From: an uncultured delta proteobacterium
Lineage (GTDB): Bacteria > Myxococcota_A > Polyangia > Polyangiales > Polyangiaceae
Assembly (NCBI GenBank): GCA_963716725.1
Contig: CAVQUB010000032.1
Coordinates: 160,001-224,000, forward strand
Direction: 5' to 3'
DNA length: 64,000 bases
Below are positions 43,438-53,269 of this stretch, piece after piece (positions within the stretch are counted from its first letter, which is position 1; every line of letters begins with the position of its first letter). The notes beneath the pieces were generated by a model, which worked only from the letters and a program-made list of their open reading frames with translations, was not told the origin of the DNA and searched no databases. Both the position numbers and the translations under genes were made by a program.

Positions 43438-44879
43438 ACAAACGCGTCGTCGCGCTGCTCACATCGAACCTGCTCTTCCTCGTCGCGCTGCCGATGCTGT
43501 TTCCGTTCATCCTGGGCATCGTCGACCGCCAGCCGCGCTCGGCGATCGCATACGGAGTTTCCGCCGTGGTCACTGCGATTGCCGCGGCGGGCCTGCGCTA
43601 CGCGGGGCGAGGCGCTCCCGACGTCTTGCACCGCAAAGATGCCATTGGCGTGGTTGCCCTGACCTGGATCTGCCTGGGCATATTCGGAGCCGTCCCCTTT
43701 CTCGTCGAAGGCTCCATCCGTCATCCTGCGTCGGCGCTGTTCGAAGCCGTCAGCGGGTTCACGACGACCGGCGCGACGGTGGTCAGTGACGTGGACGGGC
43801 TCAGCCGCGCCACGAACCTGTGGCGGTGTCTGATCCATTGGCTGGGGGGCATGGGCATCGTCGTGCTCTTCGTCGCGGTCTTCCCTCAGCTCGGCGTGGG
43901 CGCGAAGCACCTGTTTCGGGCGGAAGTTCCGGGCCCCATCACCGAGGGATTGCGCCCAAAGATCAAGCAGACGGCGCTCGCGCTGTGGTGGATCTATTCG
44001 GCCCTCACCGTGGCCGCGGCGGCCCTCCTCGTCTTCGCGGGCATGCCCGTCTACGATGCCATCTGTCACGCTTTCTCGACCCTGGGCACGGGTGGATTCT
44101 CGACGAAGACCGCGAGCGTGGGCGCGTTCCAGAGCCCCGCGATCGACTGGATCATCACCGCGTTCATGCTGATCGCGGGCTTGAATTTTGGCCTGTTCTA
44201 CTCGGCGCTGAACGGGCAAGTGCGCGGGCTCTTCACCAACTACGAGCTGCGCTTCTATCTGCTGGTCAACGCGCTCGTGATCGGTGTGGTGTTTCTTTGC
44301 ATTCGCGGGCGCCATCCGGACTTGCTGACCGCATTGCGCTTTGCTTCGTTCCAAACCGCAGCGGTCACGACGACGACCGGCTTCATGACGGAGGACTTCG
44401 ACAAATACCCGGATGTCGCCCGCTTTGCGCTGTTCCTCTGCATGTTCATGGGTGGGTGTGCGGGTTCGACCGCCGGAGGCATCAAGGCCTCGCGCGTATA
44501 TGCCCTGCTGAAGCTCGCAACCAAGGAACTGCGTGCCATGGTTCACCCCAACGCCGTCGTCGCGATTCGACTGGGAACGAGCGCGGTGCAAGCCTCGGTG
44601 TTGAACGAGATCGCGGTCTACGTGACGACGTTCTTCCTGATTTTTGGCGCGGCTTCGCTGGTCATGGTCGCCCTCGGGTTGGATCTTCTGAGCGCCATGA
44701 GCGCGGTGGTCGCGTGCCTGTCCAGCGTCGGCCCGGGCCTCGGCTCGGTGGGGCCGAGCATGAACTTCGAGCCGGTCCCTCCCCTCGGCAAGCTGGTCCT
44801 GACGGTCTGCATGATCGCCGGTAGGCTCGAGATATTCGCGCTGCTCGCCATCTTCTCACCTGCGGTGTGGCGGAGATGA
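43434..44879 (+). CDS. trkH: Trk system potassium channel
   Basis: SGFTTTGATV, WLGGMG, LGTGGFS, TTTTGF, GGCAGSTAGGIK, VGPGLG, GRLEI. Confidence 0.95.
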   Translation: MNKRVVALLTSNLLFLVALPMLFPFILGIVDRQPRSAIAYGVSAVVTAIAAAGLRYAGRGAPDVLHRKDAIGVVALTWICLGIFGAVPFLVEGSIRHPASALFEAVSGFTTTGATVVSDVDGLSRATNLWRCLIHWLGGMGIVVLFVAVFPQLGVGAKHLFRAEVPGPITEGLRPKIKQTALALWWIYSALTVAAAALLVFAGMPVYDAICHAFSTLGTGGFSTKTASVGAFQSPAIDWIITAFMLIAGLNFGLFYSALNGQVRGLFTNYELRFYLLVNALVIGVVFLCIRGRHPDLLTALRFASFQTAAVTTTTGFMTEDFDKYPDVARFALFLCMFMGGCAGSTAGGIKASRVYALLKLATKELRAMVHPNAVVAIRLGTSAVQASVLNEIAVYVTTFFLIFGAASLVMVALGLDLLSAMSAVVACLSSVGPGLGSVGPSMNFEPVPPLGKLVLTVCMIAGRLEIFALLAIFSPAVWRR

Positions 44880-47800
44880 GGCGTCTGGTCGTTCTCGTGG
44901 TTCTGCTCGGCGTGATGTTCGGGCTCGATGCTCTGAAGATCGAAGCCGAGGGGCGGAAGCCGCTCACGCTGGCGGCCATCGGATTCGTGCTCTTGGCAGC
45001 TTTCACGGTGGCGGAGTTGGGCTCCAAGCTCACTCTGCCTCGAGTCACGGGCTACATCCTGAGTGGCGTCGTGCTGGGGCCATCGGTGTCGAACATCTTG
45101 TCTCGGGACGTGGTGACCGAGATGCGCATGTTCAACACTCTGGCCCTGGGGCTGATTGCCGTGGGGGCCGGGCTCGAGCTGGACGTCAAACAGATCGCCA
45201 AGATCTGGCGCACCTTGGTCAGCACCATCGCCGTCAAGGTCGTGCTGGTGGCGGGCATGATCGGCGCGACGCTGTTCGGATTTCAAGTGACCTTTGGCAG
45301 CCTCGACCTCGACGGTCGTGCGCAGATCCTCGCGCTCGCGCTGGTCTTCGCCGCGCTCTCCATCGGCACCTCCCCATCCATCGCTCTCGCGGTGATGAAC
45401 GAGACCCGCGCGCGTGGCCGGCTGATGGACCTGGTGCTCGGCGGGGCGGTCCTCAAGGACTTGGTCGTCGTGGTCTGCCTGGCGGTGGCCGTCGCCGTGT
45501 CCCGCTCGCTCCTGGGAACCAGCGGCAGCGAGCAGAGCGTGTTGGTGCTCGTGTCGCAGGAGCTGGGCTTCTCGATCCTGGCGGGCGCCATCCTCGGAGC
45601 GCTCTTGATCGGCTACATCCGCTTCGTCGGCGCCGAGATGCTGCTGTTTGTCGCGGCCATGATCTTGGTCGTGTCCGAGGTGGGCAAGGCTCTGCATTTG
45701 GAGCTGCTGCTCGTGTTCATCACGGCCGGCTTCGTCGTGCGAAACTTCTCGAAGCACGAGCACGACTTGATGGGCCCCGTACAGCTGGTTGCGCTGCCGG
45801 TGTTCGTCGTGTTCTTCACCAACGCCGGGGCAGGCATCGATTTGGGCACGACCTGGCGGGTGCTGCCCTTGGCACTGGCCCTGGTGGCGGTGCGCGCCGT
45901 GGGCTACGCGATTGCCTCGCGGCTCGGTGGGCGACTCGGCGGAGAGAGAGAGTACGTACGGAAGCAGGCTTGGCTGGGCTATCTGCCTCAAGCCGGCGTG
46001 ACCCTCGGCCTGGTCGGCTTGGCCGCGCATCAGCTGCCCGGATTGGCGCCGCACATCACCGCTCTGGGCATGGCGGTGGTCGCTCTGAACCTACTCGTGG
46101 GTCCCGTGACTCTCCGCAAGGCGCTGAAGGGGGCCGGAGAGATCCCACAGGTCAACGATGCGAGCAACGAAGCTCCGGTGGCGCTCCTACCGAGTGAATC
46201 GGAGGTCGAGGCAGCATTTCCTTCCGCGCCACCTCTGCCCGACGCGCGCACGCGTCTGGAAGCGATGTTCGAGCGCCTGCGAGCGCCTCGCCTCGAAGGC
46301 CTGTTGAGCGACCTCTTTGCGCAACTCGACGGCGTCACGCGGGCTTTTGCGGCGGAGCGACTGCTGCCGTGGACGCGCGCCTTCGGCCAGTCCCTCGATC
46401 CCATTAGCGCCGCCCCCAACGCTCGAAGGGTGATCGAGATCGAAAAGTGGGCCGCTCAGCCTCGCACGCTGGACGTGGACGAGCGGGTCGAGGCTTGCCG
46501 AACGCTCTATCGAGGTCTGCGCGAAACGCTCCGTCGATGTCCCGAGGAGGCTAGAGTGCCGCTGGAGGACCACAACCGGAGAGTCCAGGCCGGCGACGGC
46601 TTCACGTTGCGTTGGCGCAAGCGCAGCAGGGGCGTCCTGCGCGCACTCGCGTTCTGGCGTGGAGGCGCCGAGCGGCGGGTTCCGGCGCGCCTGATCCTGC
46701 GACGTGAACTCGAGCCGCGGATGGCGGCGCTTTCGGTCGCTCTCTTGGGCGCCTGGTGCCGAGCTCAGGCCGGCGTGGTCCACGAGCTGCGTACGCTCGC
46801 TTCCCAGGGGACGGACGCATCCGATGCTCGTAGCGCGGCTGAGCGTCGTCTCGCGCTCTTGCTGGAGCGCTTCGAGGTGGACGCGAAGGTGGCGATCCTG
46901 TCGGGGCTCGAGGCAGTGGCCGAGCCGCTCAGTCTCGTGGATGGGCCTGCGATGAGTCGCAAGAAGGTCCGCTACTCCGAGGTGGACCCCCAGGTGCGAG
47001 AGTTGCTGCGCTCCCTGGACACTCGTAGTGAAGCCTGGCGCCACGCGATGGACGCGGATCAGGGCTCGCTGAGGTTGAGCGTCGAGCTGGCCGTGATCGA
47101 AGCCGAGCTCTCGCGTTCGCTGGAAGAGAGCGTGCTCTCGCCGGCTGCCATCGCCTTCGACAACATCGAAGCCGTGGTTGCCGCGGTTCGACACGAACTC
47201 ACCAGCGTTCGCGACTCTCTGCCCGAAGACAGAGCGATCACCGCGGCAGAGCGGGACCCGCTCATCGCTCAGTGCACTCGCGCTTGCGACGACGAGACCG
47301 CCCGGTCCATCGAGCGGGGTGCGGCACGCCTGCGCGCGGCTGCGTCTGCGCACTTGGTCGCAGTGGAGGCTCGTGCGGTCATCGAGGACCTACCAGAATC
47401 GATTCTGCTTGCGCGGTCTGACACGCCAGTTCTGTTTGCGTCCGATCCGACGCTGGTCCGAACGCGGCGGGTGGCGCTGCGCCAGGCCGCAAACGTGCTG
47501 GTGATTGAGCGGCTCTTGCCGGGGATCGACGAGCAGATCCGCGACATGACCGCCACCGTGGCGAAGACTGCGGGGCTGATCCGGGAGTCTGCTGACATCG
47601 CGTCCCACGCGTTGGCGAGCACCGGGGAGGAGACCACGTCCGAGGACCGAGAGGCGGTCCGCGAGTCGTTCGAGCGCGCGCTGTCACGATTGGACGAGCA
47701 TCTGACGGCCTTGGACGCCGGCATCGCGCGGGCGAGTGCCGGCATTCGGCTCGGGGCAGATACGGCGCTCGACGACTTGGCTCGGTTGGCTGACGCAGGT

Positions 47801-49081
47801 GACGTCGTCGCGGCCGAGTCCGGAGGCGTGTTTGCTCGGTTGCTGCGCCGGGGCCGCATCGCGGTCGGCCCGATGTTCGACTCGGTTCGGGAACGGGTGC
47901 GTAGCGCCAACGCCCTCGTGCAGCGCATCGGTGGAAGCCAGATCTCGCAAGACGTCCTGCGGCACGTGGGCGAGTCAGAGGTCGCGGCGGCGGACATCCG
48001 GGAGCATGCCCAACGCTACCGCGCAGCCGAGGCAGCCCCCGCGGACTACCTGCGCCTCTTCAAGATCGAACCCGTGCGCGAGCACCGCCTCTTCACCGCC
48101 AATGAGGACGAGTTGCGGGAGATCATTCAGTGCGAGCGCAGTTGGTTGGCCGGAGCGACGGGCTCGGCGCTCTTGATCGGCGCCCACGGTTCCGGCAGGA
48201 CCAGCATGCTCAACCTCTGCGAGCTGGAGCTGTCGGCGCCGCGCTTGCTGAGGCCCCAACCCATCGAGTGGCGGCGCGAGATCGGCGTAGTCGACGCGGT
48301 GGCGATCGAGCTGGGCGTGCGCCCGCGCAGGCAAGCGGTCGTGCGTGCGCTGCAGGAGGCAAAGACCACCGTCCTCCTCGACGACCTGGAACAGTGGTTT
48401 GCACCTGATGTGCGCGGCCTGCGCGAGCTCGAGAGCTTCTTGGACTTGGTCATCGCGACCAAAGACTCGACCTTCTGGCTGGCCGCTGTCGCGAAAGACG
48501 CGTTGGCGCTCTTGGAGGAGAGCATCAACGTGCGGGAACCCTTTGCCCACCACGTCTCGCTGGAGCCGCTCAGGCCCGAGGCGCTGGCGAAGTCCATCGA
48601 AGGTCGTCACGCGCTCAGCGGTCGCCGGGTGCATTACCCGGCGACGTTTGCGTCGGGCGTATTGAGGCGCCTGCGCCAGACCGATGACCGCCTGCTGTAC
48701 TTCAGCGTCCTCTGCCGGGTGACGGAGGGCAACCTCTCGCGAGCGTTGCCGACCTGGCTCAAGTCCGTGCGAGTGGACGATGACGGTCACGTCACGCCGC
48801 AGATCCACAAGACATTCTCCCTGGGCTTGCCCTACCTGACGCGTTTCCCGGCCACCCTGGTGGGCATTTTAGTGCAGCTCGTTCGATTCGGACCGATGAA
48901 CGAGCAGGAGATCACCAAGACCCTGTGCCTTGGCGTCCCCGAGACGCGGCGACACATGCATTTCTTGGTCGCGGCGGGGCTCGTCGAGCCCATCGCGTCG
49001 AACAAACAGGCCCTGGGCATTCCCGCGGACTTGCGCCCGTTGGTGTTCCAGAGCTTGCGCGCGATGGGGGCCATCCAGTGA
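44876..49081 (+). CDS. Fusion protein: CPA-type antiporter domain, long helical region, P-loop (AAA+/STAND-like) ATPase, winged helix
   Basis: N-terminal ~420 aa hydrophobic (LPRVTGYILSGVVLGP, IAVGAGLEL, GTSPSI, VLKD, PQAGVTLGL); Walker A GAHGSGRTS; Walker B VLLDDLE; TEGN; C-terminal MNEQEITKTL...LVAAGLV. Confidence 0.85.
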   Translation: MRRLVVLVVLLGVMFGLDALKIEAEGRKPLTLAAIGFVLLAAFTVAELGSKLTLPRVTGYILSGVVLGPSVSNILSRDVVTEMRMFNTLALGLIAVGAGLELDVKQIAKIWRTLVSTIAVKVVLVAGMIGATLFGFQVTFGSLDLDGRAQILALALVFAALSIGTSPSIALAVMNETRARGRLMDLVLGGAVLKDLVVVVCLAVAVAVSRSLLGTSGSEQSVLVLVSQELGFSILAGAILGALLIGYIRFVGAEMLLFVAAMILVVSEVGKALHLELLLVFITAGFVVRNFSKHEHDLMGPVQLVALPVFVVFFTNAGAGIDLGTTWRVLPLALALVAVRAVGYAIASRLGGRLGGEREYVRKQAWLGYLPQAGVTLGLVGLAAHQLPGLAPHITALGMAVVALNLLVGPVTLRKALKGAGEIPQVNDASNEAPVALLPSESEVEAAFPSAPPLPDARTRLEAMFERLRAPRLEGLLSDLFAQLDGVTRAFAAERLLPWTRAFGQSLDPISAAPNARRVIEIEKWAAQPRTLDVDERVEACRTLYRGLRETLRRCPEEARVPLEDHNRRVQAGDGFTLRWRKRSRGVLRALAFWRGGAERRVPARLILRRELEPRMAALSVALLGAWCRAQAGVVHELRTLASQGTDASDARSAAERRLALLLERFEVDAKVAILSGLEAVAEPLSLVDGPAMSRKKVRYSEVDPQVRELLRSLDTRSEAWRHAMDADQGSLRLSVELAVIEAELSRSLEESVLSPAAIAFDNIEAVVAAVRHELTSVRDSLPEDRAITAAERDPLIAQCTRACDDETARSIERGAARLRAAASAHLVAVEARAVIEDLPESILLARSDTPVLFASDPTLVRTRRVALRQAANVLVIERLLPGIDEQIRDMTATVAKTAGLIRESADIASHALASTGEETTSEDREAVRESFERALSRLDEHLTALDAGIARASAGIRLGADTALDDLARLADAGDVVAAESGGVFARLLRRGRIAVGPMFDSVRERVRSANALVQRIGGSQISQDVLRHVGESEVAAADIREHAQRYRAAEAAPADYLRLFKIEPVREHRLFTANEDELREIIQCERSWLAGATGSALLIGAHGSGRTSMLNLCELELSAPRLLRPQPIEWRREIGVVDAVAIELGVRPRRQAVVRALQEAKTTVLLDDLEQWFAPDVRGLRELESFLDLVIATKDSTFWLAAVAKDALALLEESINVREPFAHHVSLEPLRPEALAKSIEGRHALSGRRVHYPATFASGVLRRLRQTDDRLLYFSVLCRVTEGNLSRALPTWLKSVRVDDDGHVTPQIHKTFSLGLPYLTRFPATLVGILVQLVRFGPMNEQEITKTLCLGVPETRRHMHFLVAAGLVEPIASNKQALGIPADLRPLVFQSLRAMGAIQ

Positions 49082-49992
49082 CTGCCCAGCGCATCCGCTG
49101 GATCTTGGTGCCGGCCTTGGCGGTGGCCTGCAAGCCGAAGAGCGCTCAGCCGAACGCCTCGGGCGCGACCGGCGCGCCGCCCTCCACGCTGGGCGATCGC
49201 CTAGCGGGGGAGGCTGATGGGCTCGGCGCGCTCTTCCACCTCGACGTGATGCTGCAGTTGGCGGTGCTGGTCGTCGCGGCCCTGCTCTTGACCCGCGTCG
49301 CGAGCGCGCTGGTCCGCGTTGCCAGCCGCCTGGGCATCGACTCGCAACGGCGCTTCAATTGGTGGGAGGGTGGGTCCAGGGTCCTGGTCGGCGCACTGGT
49401 TCTGTACCTCGTTGGCAGCGCCGTCGCCAGGGCGGCGCCGCTGCTCTCGGCGTTCGGCGCGCTGGCGCTGGTCGTCGCCGGATCGTGGGTGTTCTCGGCG
49501 CATCTGCAGAATGCCGTCGGCGGCGTCGGACTCTTGCTCAGGCGCAAGCTGCGGACGGGGGATCGCATCCAGGTTGGCGCCCTAGACGGAGTCGTGCGTT
49601 CCGTGGGGCTGACCCAGTTGCAGTTGGTCAAGGCTGACGGCTCCACGGTTCTGGTGCCCAACAGGCTGCTCAACGAAGCCGCGCTGACCGTAGCGCGGGA
49701 GAAGAACAGCGTGCCGGTGAGAGTGCGCTTGCGTTTCGAGAACGAGCTGTCTAGCTCGATGCTGGAGCAAGCGCGGCGCACGGCGCTGCTCTCGCCGTAT
49801 CGTGCGCCGAAGTCATCGGTGGAGGTCAGTCGCGATGCCGCGGACGGGTGTGTTCTGGAGGTGGCGGTGCAGGTTTGGGCCGCTGCTGCTGCCCGTGCGG
49901 CAACGGACCATCTCGAGAGCAGTCTGCGCTTGGCGCTCCCGCAGGAAGCGCGGCCGCCGCCGGCCAAGGACAGCGTCTTGACTGCTGGCTGA
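49078..49992 (+). CDS. MscS-family mechanosensitive channel
   Basis: GTGA overlap; three TM helices, then NAVGG...LRTGDRIQV..LDGVV..VGL...VLVPN; cytoplasmic SPY motif. Confidence 0.85.
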   Translation: MTAQRIRWILVPALAVACKPKSAQPNASGATGAPPSTLGDRLAGEADGLGALFHLDVMLQLAVLVVAALLLTRVASALVRVASRLGIDSQRRFNWWEGGSRVLVGALVLYLVGSAVARAAPLLSAFGALALVVAGSWVFSAHLQNAVGGVGLLLRRKLRTGDRIQVGALDGVVRSVGLTQLQLVKADGSTVLVPNRLLNEAALTVAREKNSVPVRVRLRFENELSSSMLEQARRTALLSPYRAPKSSVEVSRDAADGCVLEVAVQVWAAAAARAATDHLESSLRLALPQEARPPPAKDSVLTAG

Positions 49993-50127
49993 AGCTGACG
50001 CGGTCGCCCACCACACCGACTCGACGCGAGACGGAAATACGTTGCGTCCGCTCCGGTGCCTTCTGCTAGAAGAGCGATACTTCGTGCGGTACGCGCCCGG
50101 CCCAACGGAATGGAAGAGATGAAATAC

Positions 50128-51258
50128 ATGACGAATCGCTCGGTGATCTATGCGAGTGGGCTCATTGCCTTGGCCCTGCTGGCCTGCAAGAAGGAAGAGA
50201 CCGGCGGCGCGAGCGCCTCGGCGAAGCCCGCGGCGAGCGCGGCACCAACGGCCTCCGCGAGCGCAGCGCCGAAGGCTTCGTTCGAGGAACTGGCGGCGAA
50301 GAGCCAGCCCCTCGTCTTGACGCCTGCCGCGCAGAGCGTGGCCGGGAAGAAGGTCGAGGCCGTGCAGTGCAAGCTGCCGGGAGCGGGCCTGCTGGCGCCG
50401 AGTTCTTCCAGTGTCATCCGTGCCATCGAGTCCGTGGGGGACCGGATGTTGATCGCCGATCACGACGGGGTGATTCACGGCTTCAAGGTGTCGACGGCCG
50501 CTGGCTGCGAACTCAGCGTGGATGCGTCGTTCGGCGACGGCGGCAAGATGAAGCTCCCGAACAAGATCGAACACCTCTCCAAGTCGTCGGCAGGCCTGGT
50601 GATGGCGGCGTCGGGCATCTTCGACACCTACGCCATTGTCGACGGCAAGAAGCTCTTCGACTGCAAGGCCACGGGGCACTTCGAGGTCGAGCCCGGGGGC
50701 AAGTGGGGTGTCGCTCCTTGGGTCAACTCGACCGTCGAGATCGCGGATCTCAGCTCGGATTCGTGCCAGCGCAAGGACTGGGTTCTTCAGAACCTCAGCG
50801 ACGATGCCAAGCGAAAGGGGGCGTTCAAGATGGTGAACACCTCCGCTGTCATCGGCGGCAAGATCTTCATCGGCGGCATTCCGGCCGAGAAGGTCGACGG
50901 TCGGGAGGTCCGTATCGTGGCGATCTTCGACAAAGCAGGGAAGGAGCTGGGACGCTTCGGCTCGACCGGCAAGGACTTCGGCGACGACTCGTTCGGCTGG
51001 GTCCACGGCCTGAGCGCCTGTGGCCCGAACGTGTGCGCGATCGACTCGAACTTCCGCCGCCTGAGCGTCTGGAGCCTCGACGGCAAAAAGTTCATTGGGG
51101 CCGTGAGCCTGACCAAGCTGTTCGGCGCTGCCAGCGGCGCGGCCTGGATCAACGACATCTCACAGGCCAAGGACGGTTCCATCTGGCTCTCGCTCGGCCA
51201 GAACCGCGCCGGCGGCGGGGTCGCCGAGGGCGCTGTATTCCGTGTGACCGGGCTCTGA
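50128..51258 (+). CDS. Lipoprotein, probable beta-propeller
   Basis: Lipobox LLA-C, Ala-rich linker, NHL-like segments (ELGRFGS..., AIDSNFRRLSVW). Confidence 0.75.
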   Translation: MTNRSVIYASGLIALALLACKKEETGGASASAKPAASAAPTASASAAPKASFEELAAKSQPLVLTPAAQSVAGKKVEAVQCKLPGAGLLAPSSSSVIRAIESVGDRMLIADHDGVIHGFKVSTAAGCELSVDASFGDGGKMKLPNKIEHLSKSSAGLVMAASGIFDTYAIVDGKKLFDCKATGHFEVEPGGKWGVAPWVNSTVEIADLSSDSCQRKDWVLQNLSDDAKRKGAFKMVNTSAVIGGKIFIGGIPAEKVDGREVRIVAIFDKAGKELGRFGSTGKDFGDDSFGWVHGLSACGPNVCAIDSNFRRLSVWSLDGKKFIGAVSLTKLFGAASGAAWINDISQAKDGSIWLSLGQNRAGGGVAEGAVFRVTGL

Positions 51259-51266
51259 GCCCGGTT

Positions 51267-51284
51267 CCGCGGGGCTCCCCGCGG
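51267..51284. terminator. GC-rich hairpin after the stop codon (no U-tract)
   Basis: CCGCGGGG-CT-CCCCGCGG. Confidence 0.3.
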
Positions 51285-51361
51285 GTTCGGCAGTCGCACG
51301 CTTTCGCTGGGCCTCGGGCGCCGCTCGCCGCGGGGCTCGGGGCCGAGTAGTCTCAACGCCA

Positions 51362-51775
51362 ATGAGCAAGGAAGTTCTGGTAGCCGCCGTCAAGGACATC
51401 GTCACCCGCGCGCGCGGCGGCGACGCCGAAGGCTCGTTCGACGGATACAAGGCGCTCTTCGAGCGGCCCGAGTTCATCGACAACCGACCCGAGGATCAGC
51501 GGCAGGCGCTGAAGCTCCTGGTTCTCGCCAAGCACACGGGTCCGAAGAGCGAGAAGTTGATCGAGGCGCACCGTTCCGCCATCGCGCCGTTGACGGAGCT
51601 GGTGTCTAAGTACAACGAGCCCGCGGACTACGAGATGCTCGGTGTCTGTCACGTGCGCATCGGAAACGCGGAGGCGGCAGCGAACATGTTTCGTGAAGGG
51701 CTCACGCTCGAGCGCGCCAAGAACTCCGGCTCCGACCTCTGCGGTCGCCTGATGACGCGCATCTCGGGGTTGTGA
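51362..51775 (+). CDS. Small helical TPR-like protein
   Basis: PADYEMLGVCHVRIGNAEAAANMFREGL is TPR-like. Confidence 0.7.
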   Translation: MSKEVLVAAVKDIVTRARGGDAEGSFDGYKALFERPEFIDNRPEDQRQALKLLVLAKHTGPKSEKLIEAHRSAIAPLTELVSKYNEPADYEMLGVCHVRIGNAEAAANMFREGLTLERAKNSGSDLCGRLMTRISGL

Positions 51776-51814
51776 GCCGAGCGCAGCTCTCGAAGTGGCG
51801 GCACGGGGGGCTCG

Positions 51815-52255
51815 TCACTCGAGCGGGAGTGCTTCGGTGACGTCTTCGAGCGTGGCGTCGCTGTCGGCGTCAACTTCGTAGATGCGGGCCCGACCCTGGG
51901 AAAACACCGGCCGGTAGACCTTGCCGGCCCGAGCCAGAAACGACGCCCCGCTCGGGAAGCCTCCTGGCTGCGACAGATCACGCACGCGCATGGCGTGCCT
52001 GCCGGGCAGCACCTCGACGTGGATCCTGGAGTCCTTGGTTGCGCGCACGCCCACTGATTCGCCGTCGAGGGAGTCGAGGCCAACCGGCTCGCTGCCGTTG
52101 ATCCGAATCACGGCGATGGTCTCCGCCGAGCGGACGGGGCCGTCGTATTGCTGGACGATATAGGTCGGCCCCGCGCAGCCGGCGGCCAAGACCGTGAGCA
52201 GCAGCCCTCCGCCGCGAGAGAGCCGGCTCCGGACGGCGCTCGAGGTTTGCCGCAT
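51815..52255 (-). CDS. Small lipoprotein of unknown function
   Basis: LLLTVLAAG-C lipobox; YDGP.R...EVLPGRH...ARAGKVY. Confidence 0.7.
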   Translation of the reverse strand: MRQTSSAVRSRLSRGGGLLLTVLAAGCAGPTYIVQQYDGPVRSAETIAVIRINGSEPVGLDSLDGESVGVRATKDSRIHVEVLPGRHAMRVRDLSQPGGFPSGASFLARAGKVYRPVFSQGRARIYEVDADSDATLEDVTEALPLE

Positions 52256-52264
52256 TGGACGACC

Positions 52265-53194
52265 TCAGCCGTCCTGGTTGATGAGCTCGATCAGCTCGTC
52301 GAGGACCGCCGCCGCCTTGTCGTTTTCGACCTGACAGGTGCCGGCTGCGACGTGCCCGCCGCCGCCGAAGGTCAGCATCAGCTCGCCGATGTCGGTGCGC
52401 GAGCTGCGGTCGAGGATCGACTTTCCGACGGCGAACACGGTGTTCTGCTTCTGCTTGCCCCAGAGCACGTGGATCGAGATGTTCGTCTTGGGATAGAGCG
52501 CGTAGATCATGAAGCGATTGCCGGCGTAGATTGGGTCTTCGTCCCGCAAGTCGAGGACCACCAAGTTGTCGTGCACCGTCGAGCAGCGGCGAAGCTGCTC
52601 GGTGAACTTTGCCTCGTGCTCTCGGTACAGGTCAACGCGCTCCTTGACGTCGGGGAGCTCGAGGATCTCGGCGATGGTGCGCTGCCGGCAGGCCTCGATC
52701 AGCTCCATCATCAGCTGGTAGTTCGAGATGCGGAAGTCGCGGAAGCGGCCGAGACCGGTGCGTGCGTCCATCAAGAAATTGAGCAGGGCCCAACCCTCGG
52801 GGTGCAGGACTTCTTGCTCGCTGTACTGCGCCGAGTCGCCCTGGTCGACCGCCGCCATGATGTCGTCGGCGACCTGGGGCAGCTTGGCCTTCCCGCCGAA
52901 GTGGTCGTAGACCACCCGCGCTGCGGACGCCGCCTTCGGATCACAGATGTGATTGTCCCGCTTGCCGACTCGGAGGATCTCACTGTGGTGGTGATCGAAG
53001 GACAAGTACACGCCCTCGACGTAAGGCAGGTTGGTCGAGATGTCGCGAGCGGTCACCTCGACCTTGCCGTCCTGCATGTCCTTGGGGTGGACGAACAAGA
53101 TGTCGTCGATCATGTCGAGCTCGCGCAGCAGGACGGCGCAGACCAGGCCGTCGAAATCGCTGCGGGTGACCAGGCGGTACTTCTCGGTGCTCAT
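52265..53194 (-). CDS. DHH-family phosphoesterase (exopolyphosphatase/nanoRNase-like)
   Basis: TRSDFDGLVC, FDHH, AASAARVV, GGGGH..AGTCQ (DHHA1-like). Confidence 0.9.
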   Translation of the reverse strand: MSTEKYRLVTRSDFDGLVCAVLLRELDMIDDILFVHPKDMQDGKVEVTARDISTNLPYVEGVYLSFDHHHSEILRVGKRDNHICDPKAASAARVVYDHFGGKAKLPQVADDIMAAVDQGDSAQYSEQEVLHPEGWALLNFLMDARTGLGRFRDFRISNYQLMMELIEACRQRTIAEILELPDVKERVDLYREHEAKFTEQLRRCSTVHDNLVVLDLRDEDPIYAGNRFMIYALYPKTNISIHVLWGKQKQNTVFAVGKSILDRSSRTDIGELMLTFGGGGHVAAGTCQVENDKAAAVLDELIELINQDG

Positions 53195-53269
53195 GCCTCG
53201 CTTCTGGCACGCCGGGCCTCGGGCGAAAATGGGCAAACGCTGCCGTGCGCAGTCCCGCCGCGAGTGTGG

